NCBI GenBank assembly: GCA_964247055.1
Contig: OZ176052.1
Span: 6,324,001-6,388,000, forward strand
Direction: 5' to 3'
DNA length: 64,000 bases
DNA from: Paragordius varius
Lineage: Eukaryota; Animalia; Nematomorpha
Position 1 is the first letter of the stretch. The number at the start of each line of letters is the position of its first letter. The translations under genes and the position numbers were made by a program. Positions 1 through 12,225 of the stretch are shown one piece after another. The notes beneath the pieces were generated by a model that worked only from the letters and a program-made list of their open reading frames with translations, was not told the DNA's origin and ran no database searches.

Positions 1-97
1 CTCCAGCCATGGGCATCATAGGCTGTTGTGCCATTTGTCCAAATATTCCAACACAGGCTACCACGGATAAAACAGCGAGGCTTATTAAGGTTTTCAT
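1..97 (-). CDS. 5' coding exon of a secreted protein (signal peptide, then Q/P/M-rich sequence); continues off the window start
   Basis: Minus strand reads MKTLISLAVLSVVACVGIFG-QMAQQPMMPMAG from the ATG at 97. A TTTCAG acceptor lies one base upstream of the ATG, implying a 5'UTR intron. Confidence 0.75.
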   Translation of the reverse strand, partial: MKTLISLAVLSVVACVGIFGQMAQQPMMPMAG

Positions 98-1595
98 TCT
101 GAAATATAAAATTACTTTTATGGTGAAGAAAATATAAAATATTATTTTTCATTTATAAAAAATAATTTTTATATTTTGTATATGAATTAGACCATATTAA
201 TTAAATTATTTTGTTTAAAATTGGTTTACAATTATGTGCTGTATAGAGCTTTTTAATCAAACCATATATAGTCCAAAAACGATGTTTAAAAGACCCTCTA
301 ATATAATGATTATAATCAAGACTATAAAACTACATAATTACCTTTTTCTGATTTAGGGAATGATAAAATAAAAATATAAATTTTTAATTTTTTTCAAATA
401 AATACTTATGTAATCATGAATTGGGGAAAATCAAAGGTTAACCTCAACCATATATTAATCATTGGTTTTAGAACTCGCATTAATTAAATTGTGCAACATC
501 ATCCTTATATTTTAATTATATAATATTAGTTATTTTTAAAATTTACATTTGACATATCATCGCGCAATTAATTTTTACCATGTTCATTCATTATGGATGC
601 ATCATACCTTGCGGACATTTAGAATAAAGAATACATGAATATTTAAAATTAAAAAAAATAAAAAAATATAACGAATTACATGATGAAATTCGTTTTCATA
701 ACTTTATATATGGTTATAAGGTTATCATAAATATCCTCTTAAATTTAAATCTTAAAATTTTTAATCATTCCTATAAAATTATTTATTATAGAATGTATAG
801 AAAATTATAAAAATACGGAACAAATAGTAAAGAAAACCAAAAACGTATTTTTATAAGTAGAAAAACATAATTTACACTCACAATTTTGAAATGTTGTTTT
901 TAAAATGTGAATACAGCACGATTTTTAAATTTACACAAAAACAATAAAAAAACATAGCCAATTTTCATAATATATTGGCAAATAGCTTTTATAGTAAAGA
1001 ATTAGCTTAGAGTTTGGTGCATGAAAAATATAATTTTTTAGCTTGCTTTTAGTCAATAGTTCTATAGTACAAACTCTATCTGGCAATTTTAAATTAAAAC
1101 TGCAATCTTATTTTTAATCATATTGTATTTATAATTTTTTAATTACTTAAAGCATAGCAAATATTCACCCACAATCATAGCTTTTTATTTTTAATAATCC
1201 CGATAATTTACTGTAATTGTTAAATTTAAGGATACAAAGCGCATTTTCCTCAATTTTATCAAAAATTCTAATTTGCATCCTTCTAAAAATGCTATTTAAC
1301 TATAATATATTTATCTAATTTAAGATCAAACGAAGGTGCATCGGAAAACCATCGATTTCTAATTTATCATATTCTTACGAAAAGATTTGCATTATTTAAA
1401 AATATTTAAAGTTTAGAGATTCAATTAAATACACAAATAAATAATTCATTCTAAAATTATTTTCTTGATTGATTATTAAAATTGATACATGTATTAAGAC
1501 TTAAAATGCCTGCACATTAATATATTTCTTAACAATCAATTAATTTTTGTGTAAATTGTTAAACTTTTTAAATCGTCAACAAATAATCATACAAA

Positions 1596-2030
1596 ATGAG
1601 TGGAATGTCTGGTGTAACTATTGATGCGGAGTGCATTTCTGTGTTCGAGGAAGTTAAGATGAAACACACACATAAATATATACTCTTTGCCATGTCACAG
1701 GACAATTCCAAAATTGTGGTTAAGAAGAAGGCTGCCCAAGCAGCCAAGTACGAAGACTTTATGAAGGATTTAGCGGAAATTCAAAATCAAAAGGATTGTA
1801 TATACGCCGTCGTAGATTTCGATTATATTGCTGCGAAAACGAATCAACCCAATCAAAAACTTATCTTTTATATTTGGTGCCCCGATTCCTCAGACATTCG
1901 CAAAAAAATGTTGTACACCTCTAGTAAAGATGCCATCAAAAAATCATTGCCAGGCATATTTGCCGAAATCCAGGGCAACACAATGAATGACGTACAATAT
2001 CAAAAGGTGTTGGAAAAATTGGCGTCTTAA
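1596..2030 (+). CDS. CFL: ADF/cofilin family actin-depolymerising factor, single-exon ORF
   Basis: 144 aa with SGV at the N-terminus, YAVVDFDY, KLIFYIWCPD and KKMLYTSSKDAIKKSL, which are typical ADF-H motifs. Confidence 0.95.
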   Translation: MSGMSGVTIDAECISVFEEVKMKHTHKYILFAMSQDNSKIVVKKKAAQAAKYEDFMKDLAEIQNQKDCIYAVVDFDYIAAKTNQPNQKLIFYIWCPDSSDIRKKMLYTSSKDAIKKSLPGIFAEIQGNTMNDVQYQKVLEKLAS

Positions 2031-2714
2031 TAATAATTTAAAATTATGGCTTTCTTTTGAAATTTAAATTTAGGTTATTTAAATAAAATTAATGTTCAGC
2101 CCCTATATAGCTTTATAAATCTTAATAAATGTTCACTTAAAGTATATTACTATAGCGTATACTGGTGTAACTATACCTATTATTAATAAGGGCCATTTAA
2201 ATAAACAAGAGGACCAACATGGAATGAGTCATGGTATTACTATCAACGAAAAATTCGAGATTGCCCAGCTTAATTTCGATGTTGAATATTGTGTTGACTG
2301 GTCCGCATTGTTGACTTTATAATCGGTTTCAAAAAGTTTTGTAACGGTTCCGATTTGTGATTTATATATTTTAAATTGGTTCTAAGATCCGTTTTATTGT
2401 AACAGTCTCAAATGAGATATCATATATGTACATTAAGCGGAAATAAGAGAAGACGTGATAGCCTTATAGTATAATGTTTTGGAATAAATATCTGTCGATG
2501 ATTTTCGTTATATATGCTTAGGGTGAAAATTCATGTGCCTTTGTCAAATGAAATTATTTTTTGTTAAAAAAATATTTTTTCATAATAACATAGCTTTTGA
2601 ACAAGCTTATTTTAAGCAAATTTTTCCAAAAAAAAGGATTAAACTACGAATCTGAAAATACAATAATAAATTAATGTCTTAAAATATATTTAATTTAATT
2701 ATAATACTTGCAAA

Positions 2715-5700
2715 GTCCGACTCCCACCTCCGCGTGGTGCACCCTGGTTAATACCAACGGGAGCGGCAAAGGAAAGCAATCATCTGTGTGGGGTGTGGTG
2801 GAAAAAATAAACTACCATTATTTTTTCCTATAAAATACCACAATAACTGCATTCACACAGATGATAAAGCGGGTTTATCTGGCGCTATAACCAGTTGCTA
2901 GAAACAACCAATTTGTAATATATGTAAGCGGGGATGGAACTCCGTAAGCCCAGAAAGGCAATTCCATAGGTCAGGGACACCGAAATAGTCTCTTGATTTG
3001 CAAAGGCATGCAAATTGTAAAACAATCGCCTTAATCATACCGTATATGAAAATAATGAATGAATTGACAACACTTTTAAACAATGATATATATTTTAAAA
3101 ATGATAATATTAATCTTACAAATAATTTTATTAATGATATTAATATATGTGATAATCTTAATTTTGATAATAATATTAATTTACATGATAACAATATTAA
3201 TGCTCTCCTAAAAAACCACAAACATCAAAAAACACCCAACAATATGGTAAAACCACTTAAGATCGGCACTTGGAATATCTCGACGCTAGTCGGTAGATCA
3301 AACTTAGTTATCGACCAAATAAAAGAGAAAAACATTGACATCTGTTGCCTCCAGGAAACAAGATATAAATCTGAGGGAAAGCTGAATATAGACAACTATA
3401 CAATTTTCTACAAAGGTCAAATGAAAGGCCAACATGGAGTGGCTATAGCTATTAAAAATGAATATTGTGATGATATAATAGAAGTAAACAGACACAACGA
3501 AAGAATTATCCAAATACGTATCGGCTTTAAAAAACAAATTCTTATACTTTCCATCTATGCTCCCCAGTCTGGATTAAGCGAAGCAACCAAACAAGCCTTT
3601 TGGAACCAACTATACGACATTTCCCATGCAATACCTCCAAATGACAAAATTTTTATAGGTGGAGATTTCAATTCCCACGTTGGCACTAATGGTGAAGACT
3701 ATATGAGAATACATGGAGGAAACGCTTTTGGCAGCCGTAACAAAGAAGGTGATACATTATTAGAATACTGCGCATCTCTTAGACTTACTATCTGCAATAC
3801 CCTCTTCACGAAACCAGCAAAGAAATTAATAACTTATACAAGTGGTAATCAAAATTCTATGGTAGACTACATTTTAACACCCATTCAAGATAGAAAATTC
3901 ATTAAAGACTCTAAAACATACCTTACTGACACGCAACATAAATTAATTGTAGCAATAATAACAATAAACAAATCCTATTACCATAGTAACCAGAAACCTA
4001 AAATAAACTTAGAAAAACTACACCTTCCTGATCTTAAACTTAAACTCTCAGAAACTGTCAATGCATCGCTTAGCCTCAACCACAAAACATCTGAACAAGC
4101 TTGGGATAATTTTAAAAACAGCATCATCCCAAATGTGCTTAATTGTTGTGGCAGAAAGAAAATATACAGGAAAAAACAACAATCAAATCTGTGGTGGTCA
4201 GAATCCATAAAACCTTTAATTAAAATTAAACGCAATAACTATAAAAGATGGAAACAAACAAAAGATAAAAGAGACTTGGAATCATATATCAAATCAAATA
4301 AAAATTTACAACAAGCCATCAATATTTCAGCCAACAAAAAAGCTTTGGATTTAGCTAAAAAATTAGAACAAGACATGAAAAATCTTAAGATTTTTCGAAC
4401 AATAAATTCAGTTAACAATAATAAAAAGGACATTAAACAAATTTCCTATATTAAAGATAAAGATCAACAACTAGTAACTGAGTGGAGTGACATAAGCAAT
4501 GTCTGGACAACGTATTACAAAGAACAATTTGCACAAAAACATGATTTTGAAACAATAAACCAACCACCAGCAATTGGTCCTCGACCACTGATAACAACAG
4601 ACGATGTAAGAGAAGCCTTGGCCAAGATGAAAAATAACAAAGCTACAGGTCCATCTGAACTCAGCTGTGACATGATCAAAGCTTTACCACAATGCATTAT
4701 ACATTTAACTAACATATTCAATCTAATCTTATCAACAAATCGCATCCCTAATGATTGGTCAAAAAGCACCATCATACCCATTTATAAAAACAAAGGAGAC
4801 ATACTCGTTTGCTCCTCCTACCGACCACTTAAGTTATTGGAACACCCGTTAAAAATTTTTGAATCCATTATTGAATCAAAACTAAGATCAATCGTTAGTA
4901 TACAGGAATCACAATATGCCTATAAACCAAACAGTAGCACAATTGATGCAATCTTCATTTTGAGAAGATTGCAAGAGAACTATTTAGCGAAAAATAAAAA
5001 ACTATATCATGTTTTTATTGATTTACAAAGGGCCTTTGATTGTATCCCCAGGAAGTTGATCACATCCACACTACGAGCCACTAATGTAGATGAGTGGATA
5101 ATTAAATCAATAGAAATGATGTACTACAAAACAACAAACTGCGTCAGATTAACACTAGGTAACACAGCTTTTGTTCCAAACGAATCTGGTCTTCAACAAG
5201 GCTCCATCCTAAGCCCTCTACTCTTCATTTTAATAATGGATTACCTAACAAAAGATATAAAACAAGGCCCACCATGGGAACTTATCTATGCGGACGACAT
5301 TGTCCTCACCGCAACATCAATGGAAGCATTAAATCAAAAGTACAACACATGGAAATTACACTTAGAAAAGGGTGGAATGAATATAAATATAAGCAAAACA
5401 AAGGTGATGATAACGGGTGAAACTGTATATGAACGACCTAAGTTTCCATGTGGAGTATGTGATTTAGATGTTAAACTCAATTCAATCCTATGTACATCAT
5501 GCAATAAGTGGGTACACAAAAAGTGCTCGCTTATAAAAGGGACATTAATCAACAATGATAAATTTATATGTGAATCATGAAAAAATAAAACAATAAATCA
5601 CTCAATCACTTCAATAAAATACTTTTATATGGCAGACGCCAAAATCGAATTGGTAAATAATTTTAAATACTTGGACGATGTCATACAACCTAGGTGGAAT

Positions 5701-6210
5701 AAACCAATCAGTTAAATATAGATCCCAGCAGGCTTGAGTAAAATATCATCAACTTGAATTTGTGCTCAAAAATAAACATATATCTCCAAAAAACAAAGGT
5801 TTGATTTACAAAGCCGGCATACGTCCCATACTCCTGTATGGAAGCGAGACTTGGCCGATGACAGATTCAATTGAGAAAAAACTAATGAACATGGAAAGCG
5901 GATGCTAAATTTATTCCACCCCAATAAGTCAAATTCAAATTTACATCAACTCTACCAAATTGAACCTTTAAATGTCATGCTCAGAAAAAATAGGCTTAGA
6001 TATTTCGGACACATCAAACGTGCTCCAGAACAATGGACAAATAAAATTTTATCCCTACATCCCGAAGGTAACAATCGCAGGGGCAGACCAACATTCAACT
6101 GGGAAAAAACAATAAATAATGATTTAAGTGTTGCCAACATTGATGATAACGCCTGGCAGGATCGCAAATATTACAGACAACTTCTATACGGATACAATGG
6201 CTAGCCATTA
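2715..6210 (+). mobile_element. Near full-length RTE-clade non-LTR retrotransposon (APE endonuclease, RT, PHD-like Cys/His cluster), inactivated at the 3' end
   Basis: ORF 2998-5580 has EN motifs (GTWN, CLQET, IYAP, GDFN, DYIL, QHK) and RT motifs (KATGP, YRPLKL, QGSILSP, YADD). After the TGA at 5578 the same frame gives IELVNNFKYLDDVI. Shifted frames give LLYGSETW and RLRYFGHI..RRGRP (ORF 5902-6204). Element ends are approximate. Confidence 0.93.
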
Positions 6211-6826
6211 CACAAAGACGATACGATTTACATTTTATATACTAAATGCGGCTAGTTGGACAGCCCTATTTAAAAAGACATTGCAAAGAAAGAAAATAAA
6301 ATCTAAACTAAATTGTATTATATTATTTTGATAATCGCTTAAATAAAATTTAAAAAACCTATTCACTATCATGAAAATATAACGATAAAGAGAGCAAAAA
6401 CTATCATTAAGATATGGATAGTAAAAACTTCGCAGATATGCCGTGGCTAATTTTAAAATTAAAGCTTAACCTAGGTAATATACATTTCTTTATCATTTTT
6501 ATGTCCACACTCCATGTAAGTCTAATTATCTGATGGAGGTTCTATGGGGAAATTGGTAACAATTATATATTTTAATATAGAGGTAACAAATATTCAAAGT
6601 GTTGAGAAAATTAAGTTAAATATAAATATGATGCAAATATTTTTTTTAATTCTGCATAGATACATTGGATAAAAAGCGTCTGAGTTGAAATTATTATATG
6701 GAATATCCTTCTATTGCTTTGTATTAATAATATTGATTATTTGACTTATTTAGTTATTGACTTATAAAACCAATGTTGCAATGCGTCATGGTATAAATTA
6801 TAATTTATTTCAATTCAATAGATTGA

Positions 6827-8194
6827 TCATGTAGAAGAATTTTTCTGTGATTTCCAAAAATTCTTAACTTGCTCATGTCCTTCCAAATTAATCACCAATA
6901 ATTTTTTAGTCCGGTTTGACCATTCGATTGCATTGATTTCCTGTTTTTTTAAAAGATTTATACAATAATTGAAAACAATGTAGAGCCAAGCCTGTTTTAG
7001 TGTGGAACCCGGGACGCACAAAATAAAGTCAATCTTAAATTATGTTATCTATTATTGGCGGGTATCAAAATGCAAAAAAGCATTTTTTGTACGGGAAAAA
7101 ATTCCCACAAAATTTGCTCAATATGACATAGGTAAAATCAACATAAACAATTTTGTATGAATAATAATGTCATCAATGTTAGTTGAGTTGAGGGATAAAA
7201 TATACTTAATAGATTTCAAATAATTGTGATGATGAAAATCAAAATTAATATATAATTTTATATTATTAACCAATAATAGCATATTTATATATTAAAAAAT
7301 GTATTTAATATGTCCAAATATAATCTTAATATATAAGTAGGAAAAAATGTTTTTATTTTTATAAAATTTTGGCTCTCAAGGTAAAAAATAAAATTACCTC
7401 CGCATAAGTAAATATTGAATCATAATCACCACGCGTTTGAAATTGATCATAGAGAACAGCTTCGGTGTATAACAATCGCGTTTTTTCCAATTCCCATAAC
7501 ATTATTTGGTCACAAACGGTGAGTGGTACAGGATTAACCTATTATAAATGTTACAATACATTATTCAGACTCTAACAAATTTTATATCAAATTTGTGCTC
7601 AACGGGATACAATTTAGATTGATATTATTTGGGTAAAATCAGAGGTAAAACGACACACCAAGCAAAATAAATAAAATAAAAACAAAATGCACCCACAGTG
7701 ACTTGTTTCTTAAAACCAGGGGTGTCCTACATGCCCTCCAAAAAAATCCTGCATCCTGCAAAAAATTTCAAAATATACCAAATACAAAAATTTATGATTA
7801 AAACAGTGTTATTTAAAAAATCTAAGTAAAAATGATGTTTTTTAAACAAATTTTTTGAATACGTCCCTACAAATTTTGGTGATGAACTAGCATAAATTGC
7901 TGAAATAAATAGTAGTTATGTTGTATTATAAAAATTTTACAGTCTGATGTTAAAACATATTAATTAATGGCTCATATATTTTAATGACCATCATTAAAAT
8001 GCGACCCGCGAAGACATTTGTGTTGGGCACACCTGTTTTAAACACAGGAGATTTTGGATATAGAAAATATAAGGGGTAAATGGTCTAATCTAATAATTTT
8101 AACATAAATAAAGTAAACATTTTTAGTAAACAAATTATATAAATATCAATAAATTAATATATTTTATAATAAGGTAGTATAAAAAAGTTTAACG

Positions 8195-8232
<38 letters not shown>

Positions 8233-11200
8233 GTTTAATCTCATTTCATATAATGATATGGAATTAGGAGAAATAATCTCTTTAATTTAATTTATATTGG
8301 TTTGTTTTATTTTGCTCATATAGCTTTTGCTTGATCCCATTTTTTCACCGAATCAAAAATCATCGACTCAGTGAGTTTAACAATGAGTATAAAAATTATT
8401 TATGCATTAATCTAAAAGGTCTGAAAATTGATCTAATTTTAATGATATATTAGTATTTGATATAAGAAAAGGAATATCACTTTTTTGAGGGTTATTGGAT
8501 GAGCATGTATGCGTAAATAATTGATAATTTGTAGAGCGGTAATGCCACATTTGAGTGCAGACCTAATGCTTTCTCGTGTAATTATACCAATACAAAATTT
8601 AGGGAACCTTTTAAATCATATAATAAAGAAGGACATTAATATTTTAATTTGTTTTAATATATTAGAACATATTTAAATATTTATGTATTTCACATTAAGT
8701 TTATTGTAAAAAAATGTATTTAAGATACAAAATTCTCACCTGTATTGCATATCACAAAATAGACCGAGCAATTGGATTTGCAAATCTGAATCTAATTATA
8801 TAATAACATAGGTTTTAATTCATTTAAAACGCATGAAAATGATACAAAAAACATTCCAAATCAAAATAACATATTGGGATAAAATATTATTAAATGTTAT
8901 ATATTGATTACTAATTAAAATGTAATATAATAAATTATGAAAATATAATATTCAATAATGTTTCTGAAAGTTTAAAGAATTAAAATAAATTTTAATCCCA
9001 TTCATAGCGTTAAAAAAACTGCAACAGGTTGACATTTTTAAAATGATATTTTTGTTATTAATTTAATACCTCTTACTAGATACATAAAACAAAAAAGCAT
9101 CATTAATGGACAAAACTCCCAAACGATATTCAATTATTTTAACGGAAATACATTCGTAAAAAGTATAAATCTTGATGGTTACCACTGTATGCATAAATGC
9201 GGAAATTGGTTTCTACGATAATATGGCCCATTAATTTATCACTTTGGGACATGTAGTTTATATTAGTAGATGGCTCACTTTTAACCACTGACAACTTATT
9301 GTGACGTTCAAGTTCACGATTTAATTGGGTGCGTGATGTTGTTTTAACAACCGATTCTGAATTGTGGCTATTACTGATAAGGCTAACGGCAAGTGGAGTT
9401 GGGTAAAAACGACCATCCGATCTCTATTTATGTAAATAAAGGCTTTAGCGTTTTCATAAACAATATAAGTATCACAAAATACGGGATAAATTCAAATAAT
9501 ATAATAACAAACTAAACAATTTTAAAGCCTAGTTAATGACATAAAATTGGTTTTGCATATAAAAAAAATCAGACAAGTACCAAAATGATGTAAACAGAGA
9601 TGGATTAAAAAAATTAAAGAAAATGAAAATAACAAGGTTTACTACTTATTCTAAATTATATATAACATGACATTTAAAATTTTCATCAATTATAGTTTTA
9701 ATTTTTATGAATCACCGCAGTTCAATACGGATAATTAATAATTTAAAAACGTAATGTCAAAAGCGGTATAAATATAATATTTATAATAATTTTATCCAAA
9801 TTTTATTAAAGATCTTTATCGCTTGATTACACATACCATTTTGTATCGTTGAAAAGGTTTATTATAGAAAAAAACAGAAACTATAAAAAAAGATTTAAAT
9901 ATATAAAAATTAATTAACTTTGGTTACCTTTCGTTGATACACAATTCCGAGTTCTCGTAAATTTTGCAACAATTTATTTAGCGTAGGACCCAAATCAGTA
10001 GATGGGTAATCCTAATAACATATTATTATTGTCGTTAAACATACTTGGCCAACAACAGAAAAATTGAGTTGAAGTAAAAATTTCAAGCTCTCCACTAATT
10101 CCACTGATTTATCCTATAAAAAACATAAATAGAAATGTAAATTTTAAATAATATTTATCTTCAAATAATCAAAACATTATCAATTATACATTATACCTTG
10201 AGGAGTTCAAAATGGTACAACAAAAAATACCAAATTTGAGAATTAGTATCTAACAACAAAAATTGGAATCCTTCTTTAGTGATTTTTGGTTCAGTTGATC
10301 CATCACTAAATAAATTTAAATAAATTTTTATATTTTTTAGTAAAAACAGAAATTATACCGTTTTGAAACCTAAAAACAATTTCAAAATAGGTTTTTCCTA
10401 ACCGCTGTTTAATGGGCGGATTGGGATTTTTTTTAAATTTTAATTAATTATGAAAATAATGTCATTTAAAATTACACAAATGCCGACACATATAATTAGT
10501 CTAAAAATAATAAAATCTCCATATTTTAAATAATTAATTAGATTAATTGAATTTATGCAAATTTTCTTCAAGTAGAAATGCGCTTCATTATTCCATATAA
10601 AATTCATGTATGTAAATTGATTATAAGTTAAGGATTATAAAACTTATTACTTAAAAGGCATTCCCACAAACCAAAAATCTGCTTTTCAACTGAATCGCAT
10701 TTAGATTTTTAACCACTATAGCCGTATTATAAACCTATTGTAAAAAATACCCTAAATTCATTAGGCCAGAGGCTTGCAAAAGGTCTTTGGTATCTTTACT
10801 TACTGCATCTTTTTTATCCTGTGCTCCAACCATGTAATGCAAAACACACTATTATAAGGAAAAAATATAAAAATTAATAAAAAATATATATTATGCAACG
10901 CTTTATAATCCATTACAACAAGTCTTTAAGATTCGAAGGTATATGCTATGAGATAAGAGAATATGCTTTTGTAAGGTATTTATTTTCTGCATTTTCCAAT
11001 TTTAAAACACGATTAGATCCTCACTTATTGTGTTAGAAAAGTATTTTTAAAGCACACCAGTTTTTACGCTTGTTTGGTAGTATAATTTTATGATTATGTA
11101 ATTATCTAGTGATTGTTATAGTTTTTTTGCTTATTTAACTCTTTCCCTCTTAATAAGATATTAGGGCAAGAATTCGAAAGTTCGACAAAGTTAGGATGAT

Positions 11201-12176
11201 TAAAAATGAAATAATTTAAGTATTGAATATTAATATTGTTAATTAAATTAAAAATGTCGTATCAATCAATCATTATTATTATATAAACCGAAAAACTTAT
11301 GATTAAAACTAAAAACCTAAATAAATATAAATTTAATCCAAGAAATCATATATTTCAAGATTTAAGCAATAAGCCCATATATTATCGATCTGGAATCGGA
11401 AAAAAAAATTCAGAGTCAAAGAAAGCATAATAGAGCGGTCAACTATATACTTTGTGCTTTCGCCTTACAAAATAAAATTCAGTTTATTTTATAAAATAAG
11501 CTTGAATAGTTGTATGTCCTTAAATTAAATAGGATTAGGCAGAAAACATACAAAATTTCTAAAGATAAACAATTAACACTTTAATAATTATTAAAGTGGA
11601 ATATTTGTGCGTAATAACTCATAATAAAAAAGATAAAAATATTTTAAAATTTATGATTTGCAATATGTCAAACTTCCCATCTTTCGTTTCCATATTTTTC
11701 TAGGGCTTCTACACTTTTGGCATGTTTATCTGGAGGTAAATCATTTTTGGGAATGAGCGTGGAATCGCTAATATAATTAGTAAAAATAACCCGTGCAAAA
11801 TAAAGGACTGAAAACTTTTTTGGAAATTTTTATTTAGTACCCATCCCAAAAAAGCATTTGATTGAATGGATATAAATATATTAAGGGAGGTCAATTTGAA
11901 TATCGAATCCTGATGCATTCTATATTTATTATTTATATTAACTTTAAAAATGAAGTTTTCACCCAAGAATTTATGATTTGTTGTGAAATAGGCTGCGTCT
12001 CAAACAGCAGTCTGTAGATATAGTTTTGTGAAATTTCATCTAGTTCTCTAAAAATAAAATATAATATACCGAAATACAGTTAAAACTGCTGCTGTTTCTT
12101 TGTAGAGTTCATCTATTATTTGAAGAGGTAGGCCCATAATAAATTCATTTAGATTCTTAATGTTTAACCCATGCAT
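6827..12176 (-). CDS. GTF2H4: General transcription factor IIH subunit 4 (p52/Tfb2)
   Basis: Exons 12176-12070, 12047-11943, 11919-11791, 11767-11674, 10848-10751, 10305-10197, 10113-10045, 10011-9928, 9423-9183, 8791-8740, 8607-8481, 7538-7398, 6940-6827. All introns are GT-AG and phases are consistent. Peptides VFRELD, PDKHA..LEKYGNERWE, ITKEGFQFLLLD, IIVETNFRIYAY, ITRESIR, DQIMLWELE and VKNFWK match p52. Confidence 0.95.
7717..8035. mobile_element. hAT-like MITE in a GTF2H4 intron
   Basis: Ends CAGGGGTGTCC...GGGCACACCTG with an imperfect 8-bp flanking duplication (cttaaaac/ttttaaac). Confidence 0.55.
8198..8228. repeat. (TA)n microsatellite
   Basis: Direct inspection. Similar tracts occur at about 17693-17728, 48161-48186 and 61434-61460. 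Confidence 0.95.
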
Positions 12177-12225
12177 GGTAGAGGTAAAATTTAAATTTAA
12201 ATTACCAAACTGTAAATATGCCGCA
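12177..12225. promoter_or_regulatory. 49-bp spacer between divergent start codons of GTF2H4 and ASAH1; probable bidirectional promoter with overlapping 5'UTRs
   Basis: GTF2H4 ATG at 12176 (minus) and ASAH1 ATG at 12226 (plus). Neither frame has an upstream in-frame ATG nearby. Confidence 0.7.

Noticed and set aside
2224-2322. Short ORF MSHGITINEK.. resembling the cofilin start
   Set aside because: Similarity is limited to a few residues with no downstream cofilin motifs.
2898-5555. Minus-strand ORFs over the LINE and plus-strand ORFs over Delta
   Set aside because: Antisense shadows of real coding sequence.
5578-5580. TGA as selenocysteine or read-through in the LINE
   Set aside because: Further stops and frameshifts follow, so simple decay explains it.
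8258-8290. LGEIISL, resembling a ceramidase peptide
   Set aside because: The true ASAH1 exon is at 12737; this is a short chance match in a GTF2H4 intron.
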